This document shows positions 41,491 through 51,677 of a stretch of DNA of 64,000 nt, in pieces. Each line of letters begins with the position of its first letter. The stretch's first letter is position 1. Origin of the DNA: Marinicella sp. (GTDB taxonomy: Bacteria; Pseudomonadota; Gammaproteobacteria; Xanthomonadales; Marinicellaceae). The notes beneath the pieces are model-generated. The model was not told where the DNA came from. It was given only the letters and a program-made list of their open reading frames with translations, and did not search any database. The translations under genes and the position numbers were made by a program. The DNA lies in contig OZ246001.1 of NCBI GenBank assembly GCA_965230295.1, forward strand, positions 128,001-192,000, in the 5' to 3' direction.

Positions 41491-41549
41491 CGCCGTTTAT
41501 ATACACAGCTATTTGAACACCATCCATCTGTTCGCAATGATCTGCTGTG

Positions 41550-41698
41550 GAAAGCTGCTGAGCAGCTTGACCCGCCGAGCCGGTTGGTGAACTTTGTGAA
41601 TCAGAGGCGAAGAGCGCAAGGTAGCATGTCATGTTCGCCGCGGTCGCTTTCACTTTTGTCATGAACAAAAGTGAATGAAGTCCCAAGAACATTCCTTT
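41550..41698. repeat. 149-bp palindrome-rich dispersed element, copy 1
   Basis: Ungapped match to 53254-53402 with 14 mismatches by manual alignment; contains internal hairpins. Confidence 0.9.
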
Positions 41699-41843
41699 GT
41701 TTATTTTTGGATGAAAAACAATCATTCAAACTTGTTATTTGATGTTCATGATTTCGTGATATTTTTGTGATGTTCTTATCACATAATGTATCTCATATAT
41801 AACAAACATGACGCATTACCCATCAAATAATTGAGAGAAAACC

Positions 41844-42026
41844 ATGACTTACATCATCAGCTCAAATAGCCTGTCGAAAAAAATCATCATCAACCCTGTC
41901 ATCAATCGAAAAATTAAAGAATTGCACCGCAAACTGGTGGATCTGAGTTTTTCCCATGGTAAAAATTCAGAGGAGTACTTGTTGATTTTAAAGAAGATAC
42001 ATCAGTTGCGCAGCTGCAAAGACTGA
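41844..42026 (+). CDS. Small basic hypothetical protein (60 aa)
   Basis: GAGAG upstream of the ATG; fills an otherwise empty AT-rich gap. No family recognised. Confidence 0.5.
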   Translation: MTYIISSNSLSKKIIINPVINRKIKELHRKLVDLSFSHGKNSEEYLLILKKIHQLRSCKD

Positions 42027-42103
42027 TTTTAAATATGCGACAACGATGATCTAGACAGTAACTTAAGCCATTATTAGTCTGAGGCAAAATGGCTCAAAAG
42101 ATT

Positions 42104-43150
42104 TTATATTTTCGCGTTTTTGATTTCGACGGTAGTTCCAGACTGCAAACTGTCAGCGCCCCGAATCACCACCTGATCACCCGCGTCTAAATCAGCTTCA
42201 ATCGCAATTAAATCACCCACATTTTCATTGGCTTTCACACTGATTTGCTCCACTGTATTTTCAGCAGAAACTTTAAACACAAATGTCCCGTTTTCACGCA
42301 ACACCAAAGCATCCTGGTTGACCACCAGTGATTCACGTGCTTGGTACATAGGCACTGAGACACTGACCAATTGACCAATACTTAATGCATTTTCATTTTC
42401 AAATGACAGGCGCATTTCGTATGCTTGATTGCGGTTGTTGGTTGAGGGGACCAAGTTTTTCACAATGGCTTGTTGTGTGATGCCATGAGCAAACAAATCA
42501 ATGGTATTGCCCACCTGAATGAAGTTGGCATAACGCAGCGGTACTTGAGCCCTGATTTCTAGGTTTTGCATGTCTGTGATACCCGCCAATACAGTTCCTG
42601 CAGAGACGGTTTCCCCTTCTCTTCTTTCTCGGTTTGAAACCACACCTTTGAAATTGGCTTTGATTTCAGAACGACTGAGTTGTTCTTTGATTTGGGCCAA
42701 ACGCAATCGTGCCACTTCTAAATCACTGCTCGCGACATCTCTTTGTGATTCAGTTTGTTCAACTGCATTGGCTGATATGGTCTTGGCTTTGACCAAATCT
42801 TGCTGTCTTTTTAAGTTGGTCTCCAGGTAGTTTAACTGAGTTTGTGCACGTTTGATTAAAGCCTGCTGTTCAGCCAACTGAAGTTCCAATGCAACCGTGT
42901 CCATTTTGACAATCACATCACCTGATTCCAATAAAGTACCAGGTTCAGCCACATAGGCCAATTGCCCGGTGATTGCAGCTGTGATTTGAATGGCATTTTG
43001 GCTGTAAACATTACCAGTAATGGGCATGGTTGGAACCACTTGGGTTTTCTTGACGGTATCTGTAATGACAGGCACACCCGGTGTATCACCTTGCTGTGCC
43101 ATGGCCCATGAACTGACTGTGAAAAATCCAATGGTTGCTAAAATTTTCAT
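42104..43150 (-). CDS. RND efflux periplasmic adaptor (MFP) subunit
   Basis: Signal peptide, lipoyl/alpha-hairpin (IKANFKGVV...GETVSAG), LDAGDQVVIRG. Confidence 0.9.
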   Translation of the reverse strand: MKILATIGFFTVSSWAMAQQGDTPGVPVITDTVKKTQVVPTMPITGNVYSQNAIQITAAITGQLAYVAEPGTLLESGDVIVKMDTVALELQLAEQQALIKRAQTQLNYLETNLKRQQDLVKAKTISANAVEQTESQRDVASSDLEVARLRLAQIKEQLSRSEIKANFKGVVSNRERREGETVSAGTVLAGITDMQNLEIRAQVPLRYANFIQVGNTIDLFAHGITQQAIVKNLVPSTNNRNQAYEMRLSFENENALSIGQLVSVSVPMYQARESLVVNQDALVLRENGTFVFKVSAENTVEQISVKANENVGDLIAIEADLDAGDQVVIRGADSLQSGTTVEIKNAKI

Positions 43151-46100
43151 GTATGAACTCCTTCATCAGCCGACCTGATGTCGTCGATTTGTTGTTTGTT
43201 CTTTGTGAATAAAGAATTGATTTTGTCAACCCAGTCTCCGGGCTGTCCAAGTTGTAATAAACTGGGCATCAACAACAGCGTGAACACCAAGCTGAATATC
43301 ATCCCACCGATAATCACAGTTGCAAGACCTCTGTAAATATCTGATCCAACACCAGGTATTACCAACAATGGCATCATCCCAAAAATACTTGTCAAAGTAC
43401 TCATATAAACAGGTCTGGCCCTAACCCTCACTGCATTCCTGACGGCTGCCATTCTAGACATGCCCTGCCGTTCTCCTTCGCGTGTTTGACTGACCAGCAA
43501 AATGGCATTGTTAACCACCAGTCCCAATAAGATAATAAACCCAATCATGGTTAACATATCCAAAGATTGGTATGAAACCAAATTCAGCAACTTAAGCGCC
43601 AACAAACCACCAGCCAAAGCCAGTGGCATCACTGCCAACACCAACAGGGAATCTTTCATGGATTTAAAAATGGCTGCCATCATCAAGAACAGAATCAAGA
43701 TCGCCAAAAGAAAATTGTTCAGCATATCACCCAGAGCAGACTCCAACCTGTCTGCACTGCCTTTGTATTGAATCGCCGCCCCTTCTGGCAAATATTCACG
43801 AATTTGTGGTCCAGCCACTGTGCGCAAAGTCTCCAGTGCCTCCTCGACGGTCATGTCAGCAGCAGGTAAGATTTGTAAACTGATGGTCTTCTGCCCGTCA
43901 ACCCGTTGAATTCTGCTGGGCCCAACTGTGCGTTCAATTCGAGCCAATGACCCAATGGTTTGGGCGCCAGCCAAAGGAGTTGCGATTGGTATGGCGGCCA
44001 ATTGATCTGGGTTTGTCCACCCAGCTGATCGCAGAATCATGTTATATCGGTTGTTCCCATCAAAGTATTCTCCAACAAACAAACCACCCGTAAAGGATCG
44101 AATGGCACTGGCCAAACCGCGTGAGGTTAAACCAACCTCTGTGATTCGATGTTCATCGGGAATTATTTGCAACTCGGGTTCTGATAAGGACAAACCGGAT
44201 AAGGGCCTGACCATGGCACCAGGCAAGGCCTCCTGCAAGACCGGCATACTTTGCCTGGCCGCACTCATCAGGCCTGAGATATCTGAACCTTGTAAATTAA
44301 TGGTTATGGACCTGCCGCCATTGTTACCCACGCCCAACAAAGATGCCCGACTGGGGAATGCCGTGGTATCGGGAATTCCTTTCAACAGATCGCCACTGAG
44401 TAAAGTCACAAACTGCTCAGTGTCTTCAGGGTTAAGTGGATAGAGATACAGGATGCTGTTGGTACCAAACATAGACAGGTTGTAGCCTTTTATGAATGGC
44501 TCTTTTTGGTGTTCCATGTGTGGACGCAACCTTTCGACAATGACGTTGCCAATTTCATGCTCATAAACATCTGTGGTCACTCCTGGAGGTGCATTGAAGA
44601 ACACTTGCACAGCATCGGCTTTGGCTGGTGGTAAAAAGTCAGCTTTGGGCATCGTCAGCACAACAATTCCAAGTGACATAACGGTTAAACCAAGCACCCA
44701 GGTGTTACGCTTGATGCCACTGTCAGTCAGTTGCATCACCCATTTTGTGATGTTGTTCCACCAATGTTCACAAGGATCAATTTGTTTGCTGTCTTTTAAG
44801 AACAGTTTACTGGCGACAGGTACAATGGTGATGGCTGCCAACAGCGATGCAATCACGCTGACAGATAAAGTGATGGCCAAATCAGAAAACATTTGTCCTT
44901 CCATACCTTCCAGAAACAAGATGGGTAAAAAGATCGCTATGGTGGTTACTGTTGAAGCAAACAAAGCCCCCTGAACCTGTTTTGGGCCTTGAGTAACCGC
45001 TTCACTTAAAGGCAAGCCGTTTTGTTTATACCGCACGATGTTTTCCTGAACAATGATGGCGGCATCCAATATAAGACCCACTGCAAAAGCCAGTCCTGCC
45101 AGTGATATCACATTCAGAGACAAGTCAAAAATTTTCAGTGCCATGAATGACACCAGTAAAGAAACCGGAATTGAACTGGCAATGATCAAAGTTGAACGGC
45201 GATCTCTCAGGAAAAAGAACAGCACTGCAATTGACAGCATGACTCCCAAACCCAGGTTGTTTTTGACCAAATCAATGGCCCTGCGAATATAAACTGATGA
45301 ATCATAGCTCAATTCGATGATCAAACCTGCTTCATCCAGGGCGCCCTGGTTCAATTCATCAATCGCTTTGTTGACTTCATCCAGTATGGCCACAGTGTTT
45401 GAATCACTGCCACTTTGTAAGGTGATGTAATATGATGGATAACCATTGCGTTTGTTGACGCCGAAACCATCAACCGGTATTTTTTCCACTGTGGCCACTT
45501 CATTCAAGTGAATGGGACGGCCTTCGACCCAGGCAATGATCATTGAGCCCAGTTTCGATAAGTCATGTTGGCCTAAAAATCGAACGGTGTACTGACGACG
45601 ACCGACATCAGCAAATCCGGCTGACACATCATTGGCTGCCGCAATGGACTGGGAAATACTGTTGATGGGTACACCCAATGCAGCCGCTTGATAAGGGTCA
45701 AAATTAATTCTGACCTCCAATGGACGGCGACTGTTCATGTTTACCCGACTGACACCCGGGATTCTGGCCAGTCGTGGCTCAATCACTTCATCAAAAACAA
45801 ATTCGTATTTATCAGAGGTGTAATCAGCATCCAGGTTATCTTTCTGTGTATAAACTTGGATAGAAGCCACATTAGGCTGTCCCTGTCCACCAACGGCAAC
45901 AAACGGCTCACCTGCATCGACCGGTAATGGAGGTGCTTGATTCAGGTTATTGATGACATTGATAAACGCTTGTTGTAAATCTGTGTCTTGTTCAAACGTC
46001 AGTGTGGTGTTGGTAAACCCTCGGTTGATGTTGCTGGTGATTTCCTTCAGGCCCGGTGTACGTCGCAGGATGGTTTCCTGTGGTTCTATGATGTTGGATT

Positions 46101-46278
46101 CCATTTCAGCCGGAGCTGCTGCTCGCCAATTATTGAAAATTGATATTTGCGGTTGTGAGAGGTTGGGCAGCAACTGGATCGGGCGATCCTTGATGGCCAG
46201 ATACCCAAACAAAGTAATGAGTGCCAGTACCACTGCAATGCTGGCTGGGTTTTTCAAACTTATCTGCGTTAAATTCAT
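43147..46278 (-). CDS. RND efflux permease (AcrB/AcrD/AcrF superfamily)
   Basis: LNVISLAGLAFAVGLILDAAIIVQEN, GLVVNNAILLV, RARPVYMSTLT. Start reassigned to ATG 46278 with an AGGTG RBS. Confidence 0.92.
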   Translation of the reverse strand: MNLTQISLKNPASIAVVLALITLFGYLAIKDRPIQLLPNLSQPQISIFNNWRAAAPAEMESNIIEPQETILRRTPGLKEITSNINRGFTNTTLTFEQDTDLQQAFINVINNLNQAPPLPVDAGEPFVAVGGQGQPNVASIQVYTQKDNLDADYTSDKYEFVFDEVIEPRLARIPGVSRVNMNSRRPLEVRINFDPYQAAALGVPINSISQSIAAANDVSAGFADVGRRQYTVRFLGQHDLSKLGSMIIAWVEGRPIHLNEVATVEKIPVDGFGVNKRNGYPSYYITLQSGSDSNTVAILDEVNKAIDELNQGALDEAGLIIELSYDSSVYIRRAIDLVKNNLGLGVMLSIAVLFFFLRDRRSTLIIASSIPVSLLVSFMALKIFDLSLNVISLAGLAFAVGLILDAAIIVQENIVRYKQNGLPLSEAVTQGPKQVQGALFASTVTTIAIFLPILFLEGMEGQMFSDLAITLSVSVIASLLAAITIVPVASKLFLKDSKQIDPCEHWWNNITKWVMQLTDSGIKRNTWVLGLTVMSLGIVVLTMPKADFLPPAKADAVQVFFNAPPGVTTDVYEHEIGNVIVERLRPHMEHQKEPFIKGYNLSMFGTNSILYLYPLNPEDTEQFVTLLSGDLLKGIPDTTAFPSRASLLGVGNNGGRSITINLQGSDISGLMSAARQSMPVLQEALPGAMVRPLSGLSLSEPELQIIPDEHRITEVGLTSRGLASAIRSFTGGLFVGEYFDGNNRYNMILRSAGWTNPDQLAAIPIATPLAGAQTIGSLARIERTVGPSRIQRVDGQKTISLQILPAADMTVEEALETLRTVAGPQIREYLPEGAAIQYKGSADRLESALGDMLNNFLLAILILFLMMAAIFKSMKDSLLVLAVMPLALAGGLLALKLLNLVSYQSLDMLTMIGFIILLGLVVNNAILLVSQTREGERQGMSRMAAVRNAVRVRARPVYMSTLTSIFGMMPLLVIPGVGSDIYRGLATVIIGGMIFSLVFTLLLMPSLLQLGQPGDWVDKINSLFTKNKQQIDDIRSADEGVHT

Positions 46279-46528
46279 ACCACACCTGATTTTTACAGGC
46301 CAGTGTACCAACCTGTTTAACAGCTTCAATGTGCCATTAGGCCCAAATTACGAAGAAGACTGTAGGCCAAAAGTCATGGTATGTGGCATTTTGTACAACC
46401 AAAAAAACAGTTTAAAAGAGGCTTCAACACAGGAAATGTTCAATCAAAGACTCAAGAACAACCTCAATACATTCACGAATCTGATGCTTGATTGACGAAT
46501 TGTCATAAATCTTTCAACGTTATTGACA

Positions 46529-47077
46529 TCAGCCATCAAAGTTGCTGGCAAAAATGACATCACTGGGCATGATGGCCAGGGCTGAAGCATCATCTCTGAC
46601 AAAACGGTAAAATTCTTGTGATGCCTGCATACCCCTTTGGCCAGACAATACATAGGCCAAGACATAAACCGTGCCAACTGACTCAGCTGGCGGGACCCAA
46701 AACACTGTTCTGGACATGACATCGCCATGTTGTGAGGTGTGGGTAGCTGCCATGGCTGCACCATCACAATCTCTGACTTCTGTTTCAGTGGCAAAATCAA
46801 ATGTACCCACTTTTGTACCATTCTCGTCGACAACTGAAACCACGATTCCGGTAAACACGGGGCCAGAAATGTTTAACTCAACAAAGTCAGTGTTGTTGTA
46901 CACCGGTGAATCAGACGTCAACACGTATGGACCAGGTGTTTGGTTTCTGGTGCGAGTACCCATTGCTGTGATGGTTGAAAAATCAGCGACAACATCGCAA
47001 GTTCCTGCACCACTTGGGAATGCAAAAGCTGAATTAGCTTGACCAAATAATAAAATTGAAATGATTAAATAGCGCAT
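46529..47077 (-). CDS. Secreted Reeler-like domain protein with C-terminal DVIFASNFDG
   Basis: Signal peptide, FPSGAGTC, ATHTS and VFWVPP..VGTV match the Reeler-domain pattern. Confidence 0.6.
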   Translation of the reverse strand: MRYLIISILLFGQANSAFAFPSGAGTCDVVADFSTITAMGTRTRNQTPGPYVLTSDSPVYNNTDFVELNISGPVFTGIVVSVVDENGTKVGTFDFATETEVRDCDGAAMAATHTSQHGDVMSRTVFWVPPAESVGTVYVLAYVLSGQRGMQASQEFYRFVRDDASALAIMPSDVIFASNFDG

Positions 47078-47246
47078 AATACTCCTTGGGGTAAGTAAGT
47101 GAATCTATTAACAGTATACCCAATCAACAAAGCAAATTTCATTAAAAACAACCAATCAACTTGAGCTGTGATAAATAAAATTAACTTTGCTACCAAGTTT
47201 ATCGAATTTTTATATTTTAAATTTCATGCTGCAGTGCATTTACCGT

Positions 47247-47259
47247 TATAATCGCGCCC
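47247..47259 (+). promoter_or_regulatory. -10 box with GC-rich discriminator (stringent-type promoter) for the ABC-F gene
   Basis: TATAAT-CGCGCCC about 30 nt upstream of the ATG. Confidence 0.5.
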
Positions 47260-47283
47260 TTTTGTACCACCAGCAGACCAGAC

Positions 47284-48882
47284 ATGATTTCTCCAGCCAA
47301 CATCACCATGCAATTCGGTTCCAAACCATTGTTTGAGAACATATCTATTAAATTCGGCAACGGCAACCGCTATGGACTGATTGGTGCCAATGGGTGTGGT
47401 AAATCCACCTTCATGAAAATATTGACTGGTGAATTGGCGCCCTCCTCCGGTAATGTCAGTTATGATCCAGATGAACGCATTGGAGTTTTGGGTCAAGACC
47501 AATACGCCTTTGAAGAATACTCGGTGATAGACACAGTGATCATGGGTCACAAAGAACTGTGGGAAGTCAAAGCTGAACGCGACCGCATCTATGCTTTGCC
47601 TGAAATGTCAGATGAAGAAGGCATGTTGGTTGGTGAGCTGGAAAACACCTTTGCTGAAATGGATGGTTACTCTGCCGAAGCCAGGGCCGGAGAATTGTTA
47701 TTAGGTCTGGAAATTCCAGAGAGTCAGCACTACGGCCCCATGTCTGAAGTGGCGCCCGGTTGGAAACTGCGGGTGCTGTTGGCACAAGCTTTGTTTGCTG
47801 ATCCCGATGTGTTGTTACTCGATGAGCCTACCAATAACCTGGACATCAACACCATCCGCTGGTTGGAAGACACGTTGAATGCCAGAAAATCAACGATGAT
47901 CATCATTTCACATGACCGACACTTCTTGAATTCTGTGTGCACCCACATGGCTGACTTGGATTACGGCGAATTGCGCATGTTCCCTGGAAACTACGATGAA
48001 TACATGACCGCAGCAACCCAAGCCAAAGAACGTTTGTATGCTGAAAACGCCAAGAAAAAAGCCCAGATAGCCGAATTACAAAGTTTTGTCAGTCGCTTCT
48101 CAGCCAATGCGTCCAAGGCCAAGCAAGCCACATCCAGACAAAAACAACTGGATAAGATCAAACTTGAACACATCAAACCTTCTTCACGAGTGAACCCGTA
48201 CATCGTCTTTAAACAAGGTAAGAAATTGTTCAGAAATGCCATCAATGTCAAAGGCTTGAGCAAATCATTTGATGACAAAACCTTGTTCAAAGATGTGGAT
48301 CTGATGCTTGAAGTGGGCGAGCGTCTGGCTGTCATCGGTGCCAACGGCATTGGTAAAACCACCTTTTTGAATTGCATCACTGAAACCACAGAAGCTGACA
48401 GTGGTGAAATCAAGTGGTCTGAAAATGTCGAGATCGGTTATTTCAAACAAGACAATTTAGGCGCCTTCAAAAAAGACATGACCGTCTTCAACTGGATGGA
48501 ACAATTCAAAAAGAAAGACGATGATGAACAAGCCATTCGATCTGTATTGGGAAGGATGCTATTTTCGAAAGAAGATTCCAACAAAAAGATCAGTGTGCTT
48601 TCAGGTGGAGAAAAAGGTCGTTTGATGTTTGGCAAGTTGATGTTAGAAGAACCCAATGTCATCATCATGGATGAACCCACCAACCATTTGGACATGGAAT
48701 CCATTGAGTCACTGAACCTGGCCCTGGAAAATTACGAAGGGACATTAATCTTCGTATCACATGATCGCCAATTCGTCTCATCGATTGCCACCCGAGTGAT
48801 GGAAATCCTACCCAATGAAGTGGTCGACTTCCGGGGCACTTACCAAGAATATCTGGAACGCCAGGGCATCAAGGGCGATTAA
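47284..48882 (+). CDS. ybiT: ABC-F family ribosome-associated ATPase (YbiT-like)
   Basis: Two ABC domains without TM segments; [35 protein letters not shown]. Confidence 0.9.
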   Translation: MISPANITMQFGSKPLFENISIKFGNGNRYGLIGANGCGKSTFMKILTGELAPSSGNVSYDPDERIGVLGQDQYAFEEYSVIDTVIMGHKELWEVKAERDRIYALPEMSDEEGMLVGELENTFAEMDGYSAEARAGELLLGLEIPESQHYGPMSEVAPGWKLRVLLAQALFADPDVLLLDEPTNNLDINTIRWLEDTLNARKSTMIIISHDRHFLNSVCTHMADLDYGELRMFPGNYDEYMTAATQAKERLYAENAKKKAQIAELQSFVSRFSANASKAKQATSRQKQLDKIKLEHIKPSSRVNPYIVFKQGKKLFRNAINVKGLSKSFDDKTLFKDVDLMLEVGERLAVIGANGIGKTTFLNCITETTEADSGEIKWSENVEIGYFKQDNLGAFKKDMTVFNWMEQFKKKDDDEQAIRSVLGRMLFSKEDSNKKISVLSGGEKGRLMFGKLMLEEPNVIIMDEPTNHLDMESIESLNLALENYEGTLIFVSHDRQFVSSIATRVMEILPNEVVDFRGTYQEYLERQGIKGD

Positions 48883-48941
48883 CAGCTCGTTGACTGAACA
48901 TCAGAAAGCTTCAAAAACACCAGGTCAAGCCGAAGATCAAA

Positions 48942-49033
48942 CGTCCACTGAGCGAAGTCGAAGTGAACAGTTATCCGCTGTCTTTGGCTTCGACTCCAGC
49001 CTGTGCTGAGCCAGTCGAAGTGCTCAGCCGACG
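48942..49033. repeat. REP-like palindromic cluster (CTGAGCGAAGTCGAAG type)
   Basis: Three related units, in both orientations, between convergent genes. Confidence 0.7.
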
Positions 49034-49057
49034 ACTTAATCACCTCGCTAAATTCTG

Positions 49058-49348
49058 TCACAAACAATCCAAACCATCCAAAGCCATATGGATGACCAAT
49101 CCCAAACCAATTAATCGGGTTTTAGGGAATAACAGAAACAAGACATACACAGCAATCAATCCCGGATGATGCAATGGATGAAACCCTATGCTGCAACGAT
49201 TGGGGTCATAAATTGGATTTGCCAGCAGATGATCCAAGTCCACCAGCATGGTCAACATCATGATGACAAATGCCTTGATCCATTGAGGACGGTAAAAAAC
49301 ACCTGCCACAATCAATGGAACCATAAAGTGGAGCAAGATATGAGCCAT
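49058..49348 (-). CDS. Small membrane protein (DUF6122-like)
   Basis: LHF..P, VDLDHLLANPIYDPNRCSIGFHPLH, HMALDGLDC. Confidence 0.75.
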   Translation of the reverse strand: MAHILLHFMVPLIVAGVFYRPQWIKAFVIMMLTMLVDLDHLLANPIYDPNRCSIGFHPLHHPGLIAVYVLFLLFPKTRLIGLGLVIHMALDGLDCL

Positions 49349-49357
49349 CTGTGTTGA

Positions 49358-50152
49358 TTATTTGTAAATCAGGCGTTCTAAGTGTCGCGCTTTGAAAGGC
49401 TGCCATTGGCCATCGGCTTGAGCCAGTCGGTCAGCCAGTGCCCACATCACGGCAGGATGGTGGCCATAACCCATGTGTGAGCAATTGATTTCAATATTCT
49501 GGGTGAAATCACTGTCTAGCTCTAAGCAACATTGCCAGGCGGTGATACCATCGGTTTTGGAATAGAAGGCGGTGCTTGGAACCGGTGGTGGTAAAGGCAT
49601 GTTTTTGATCAATTTGGGGCACATGTCTGTTAACTTGAAGCCGCTGGTTTTTTCAAATATTCTGGTGGCGTGATTGGCTCGCAGGTTTTTATTGAATGGG
49701 CTGCCCATGGTCACCACCTGACGCACCATCGCTGGATATTGACGGGCCAGTTCCCTGGCATAAATCCCCCCCAGAGACCACCCAATGATCGAAACTTTTT
49801 CACCATGCTTTTGGTGGATGTCATGCAGGCGCTGGATAATGGCAGGCCCGCAAGCGGTTTCCGGATGGCTGTGACGACCCATGTTGCGTCCGAGTTTCCA
49901 ACCATAGGCATGGTAGTTTCGACTTTTCAAAAAGGTCCGTAACAACTTGGTCGAAAAATCCGAGGCCAAAAATCCTGGTAAAACCAACACCGGGTGTCCG
50001 TCACCTTTGGCCGTGGTTTGTAACAACGGAAAACTGAAAGCAAATGAACCCGCTTCAAAAAATGTGCGCATTTCCAATGCCATTTTAAATAAGGAGGGCC
50101 GGTGTAAATGTTGGCCAGGTGTATCAAGAATCGGTTGTTTGGTCATGGTCAT
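49358..50152 (-). CDS. Alpha/beta hydrolase (lipase/esterase-like)
   Basis: HPVLVLPGF, IGWSLGG, TMGSP, DGI, SHMG; directly downstream of a WS/DGAT. Confidence 0.85.
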   Translation of the reverse strand: MTMTKQPILDTPGQHLHRPSLFKMALEMRTFFEAGSFAFSFPLLQTTAKGDGHPVLVLPGFLASDFSTKLLRTFLKSRNYHAYGWKLGRNMGRHSHPETACGPAIIQRLHDIHQKHGEKVSIIGWSLGGIYARELARQYPAMVRQVVTMGSPFNKNLRANHATRIFEKTSGFKLTDMCPKLIKNMPLPPPVPSTAFYSKTDGITAWQCCLELDSDFTQNIEINCSHMGYGHHPAVMWALADRLAQADGQWQPFKARHLERLIYK

Positions 50153-50178
50153 AATTGGGTCATACCTGTTTCAGTTTT

Positions 50179-51585
50179 TTATTCTATTGTCACACTATTT
50201 TCTAATTCATTGGCGGCATCTCGGATGTACCGAGCAAACAAATCAACATCTGGCATCACATTGGCTGCGACTGTTGGACTGATTGAAATTACGCCGTTGT
50301 AGCTGAATACTGGCATGATCAGGCCCATGCCATCAAATACCGGCGCCATGCCCATATGTGCCAGCATTTTGTGACCATTCATATACAGTGGCACCTGTGG
50401 TCCTGGCACATTGGTGATCACCAAGTTGAAAAATGGTCGGTGGTATTGACTGGCTTGCATGCGGGTATACAGTCGCGTTGCTTGTGAGCCCAAAGCAAAT
50501 GGTATGAACTCAGCATAGTCAATCAATTGCTTAGCACCAATGGCATTTTGGTATGATTTGCCTTGTTGGGTGTGTTGATGAATTTTTTGCAACTGCTTGA
50601 TGGGGTCACTTTCATTGGTAGGCAATTGGACCAACATGGCTGAAACCTGATTGCCCATATCCTGTTGTTCTTCTTCAGTACGTGTTGAGACCGGAACCAT
50701 CGCCACCAGTGGCTTTTCAGGCAATTCATCTTTTTCCTGCAGATAACGACGCAATGCGCCAGTACAAATGGCCAATACCACGTCGTTTAAAGTGGCCCCT
50801 TCTGCTGCTTGGCGCAAGGCTTTGACCCGGCCAAGATCCAACAAGGCCGTATTCCACAAGCGCTTTGATGACACCGCCTGGTTTAAGATACTTGGCGGTG
50901 CATTGAATAGGGACCTGGGCACATCACTGCTTTGGACACGAGACAATCGACCGGCTTTCCAGGTTGATTTGGCCGTTTCCAACAACAAGCCAGGTAATTT
51001 TAAGGGCCGCTTAATGAAATTCAAGGTACTGCGGGTGATCAAAGTCATGTCGCTGGGTAATGGTTCCACCACTTTTGGTGCCATTTTGGGGATTTTGCGC
51101 GGCCTTTTTGTCACATCAAACAACAAACCCAATATCGCCGCACCAGAAGCGCCATCAATCGCAGCATGGTGGATTTTACTGATCACAGCCACAGAACCTT
51201 TGGGTACTTGCGAAATGTTATCTAGCCCTTCGACAAAAACAAATTCCCACAAAGGCCTGGAACGGTCTAATTTTTGGCCAAATATCCGCGAAGTTAACTT
51301 TCGCAAAGCCCGCCAATCACCTGGCTTAGGCAATGCAGCATGGTGCAAATGCATGTCCAAATCAAAATCGGGGTCATCTACCCAGTAAGGATGGTCAAAG
51401 CTCAATGGCACTTGAACCAGTCTTTGGCTCAATCGAGGCGCCAAAGGCAATCGTTCAGCCAAGAATGCTTTGAAATCTTCAAACGAAAGCGACCCTTCAT
51501 ACACATTCAGACCGCCAACATGCATGGGTTGGCTGTCAGTTTCTAAATACAGGAATGAAGAATCAAGCCCGCTGAGTGGTTGCAT
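50179..51585 (-). CDS. Second WS/DGAT acyltransferase
   Basis: LSGLDSSFLYLE, HHAAIDG, TLNDVV, TNVPGP. Confidence 0.93.
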   Translation of the reverse strand: MQPLSGLDSSFLYLETDSQPMHVGGLNVYEGSLSFEDFKAFLAERLPLAPRLSQRLVQVPLSFDHPYWVDDPDFDLDMHLHHAALPKPGDWRALRKLTSRIFGQKLDRSRPLWEFVFVEGLDNISQVPKGSVAVISKIHHAAIDGASGAAILGLLFDVTKRPRKIPKMAPKVVEPLPSDMTLITRSTLNFIKRPLKLPGLLLETAKSTWKAGRLSRVQSSDVPRSLFNAPPSILNQAVSSKRLWNTALLDLGRVKALRQAAEGATLNDVVLAICTGALRRYLQEKDELPEKPLVAMVPVSTRTEEEQQDMGNQVSAMLVQLPTNESDPIKQLQKIHQHTQQGKSYQNAIGAKQLIDYAEFIPFALGSQATRLYTRMQASQYHRPFFNLVITNVPGPQVPLYMNGHKMLAHMGMAPVFDGMGLIMPVFSYNGVISISPTVAANVMPDVDLFARYIRDAANELENSVTIE

Positions 51586-51677
51586 TTTCGATCGTGGGTA
51601 GAATCATGCAAACTATCATAGCAGAAAATCACGACATCGGCATATAATACATTTAAGACCAAACCCAAGAACAAAAA

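Noticed and set aside
41453-41725. 90-aa minus-strand ORF
   Set aside because: It is a read-through of the 149-bp repeat and the promoter, with no protein-like features.
43147-46278. RND permease lacking the AcrB DD/K proton-relay residues and with no outer-membrane factor gene
   Set aside because: The LDAA/VNNA variant is common in this RND subfamily and TolC-like genes are often unlinked; not evidence of a pseudogene.
48815-49169. Short ORFs across the REP-like cluster (STERSRS and ACAEPVEV peptides)
   Set aside because: These are translations of palindromic repeats, not genes.
50768-51388. Long antisense ORFs (also 4799-5347, 45950-46495, 61732-62193)
   Set aside because: Shadow frames opposite well-supported genes, with no motifs or RBS.
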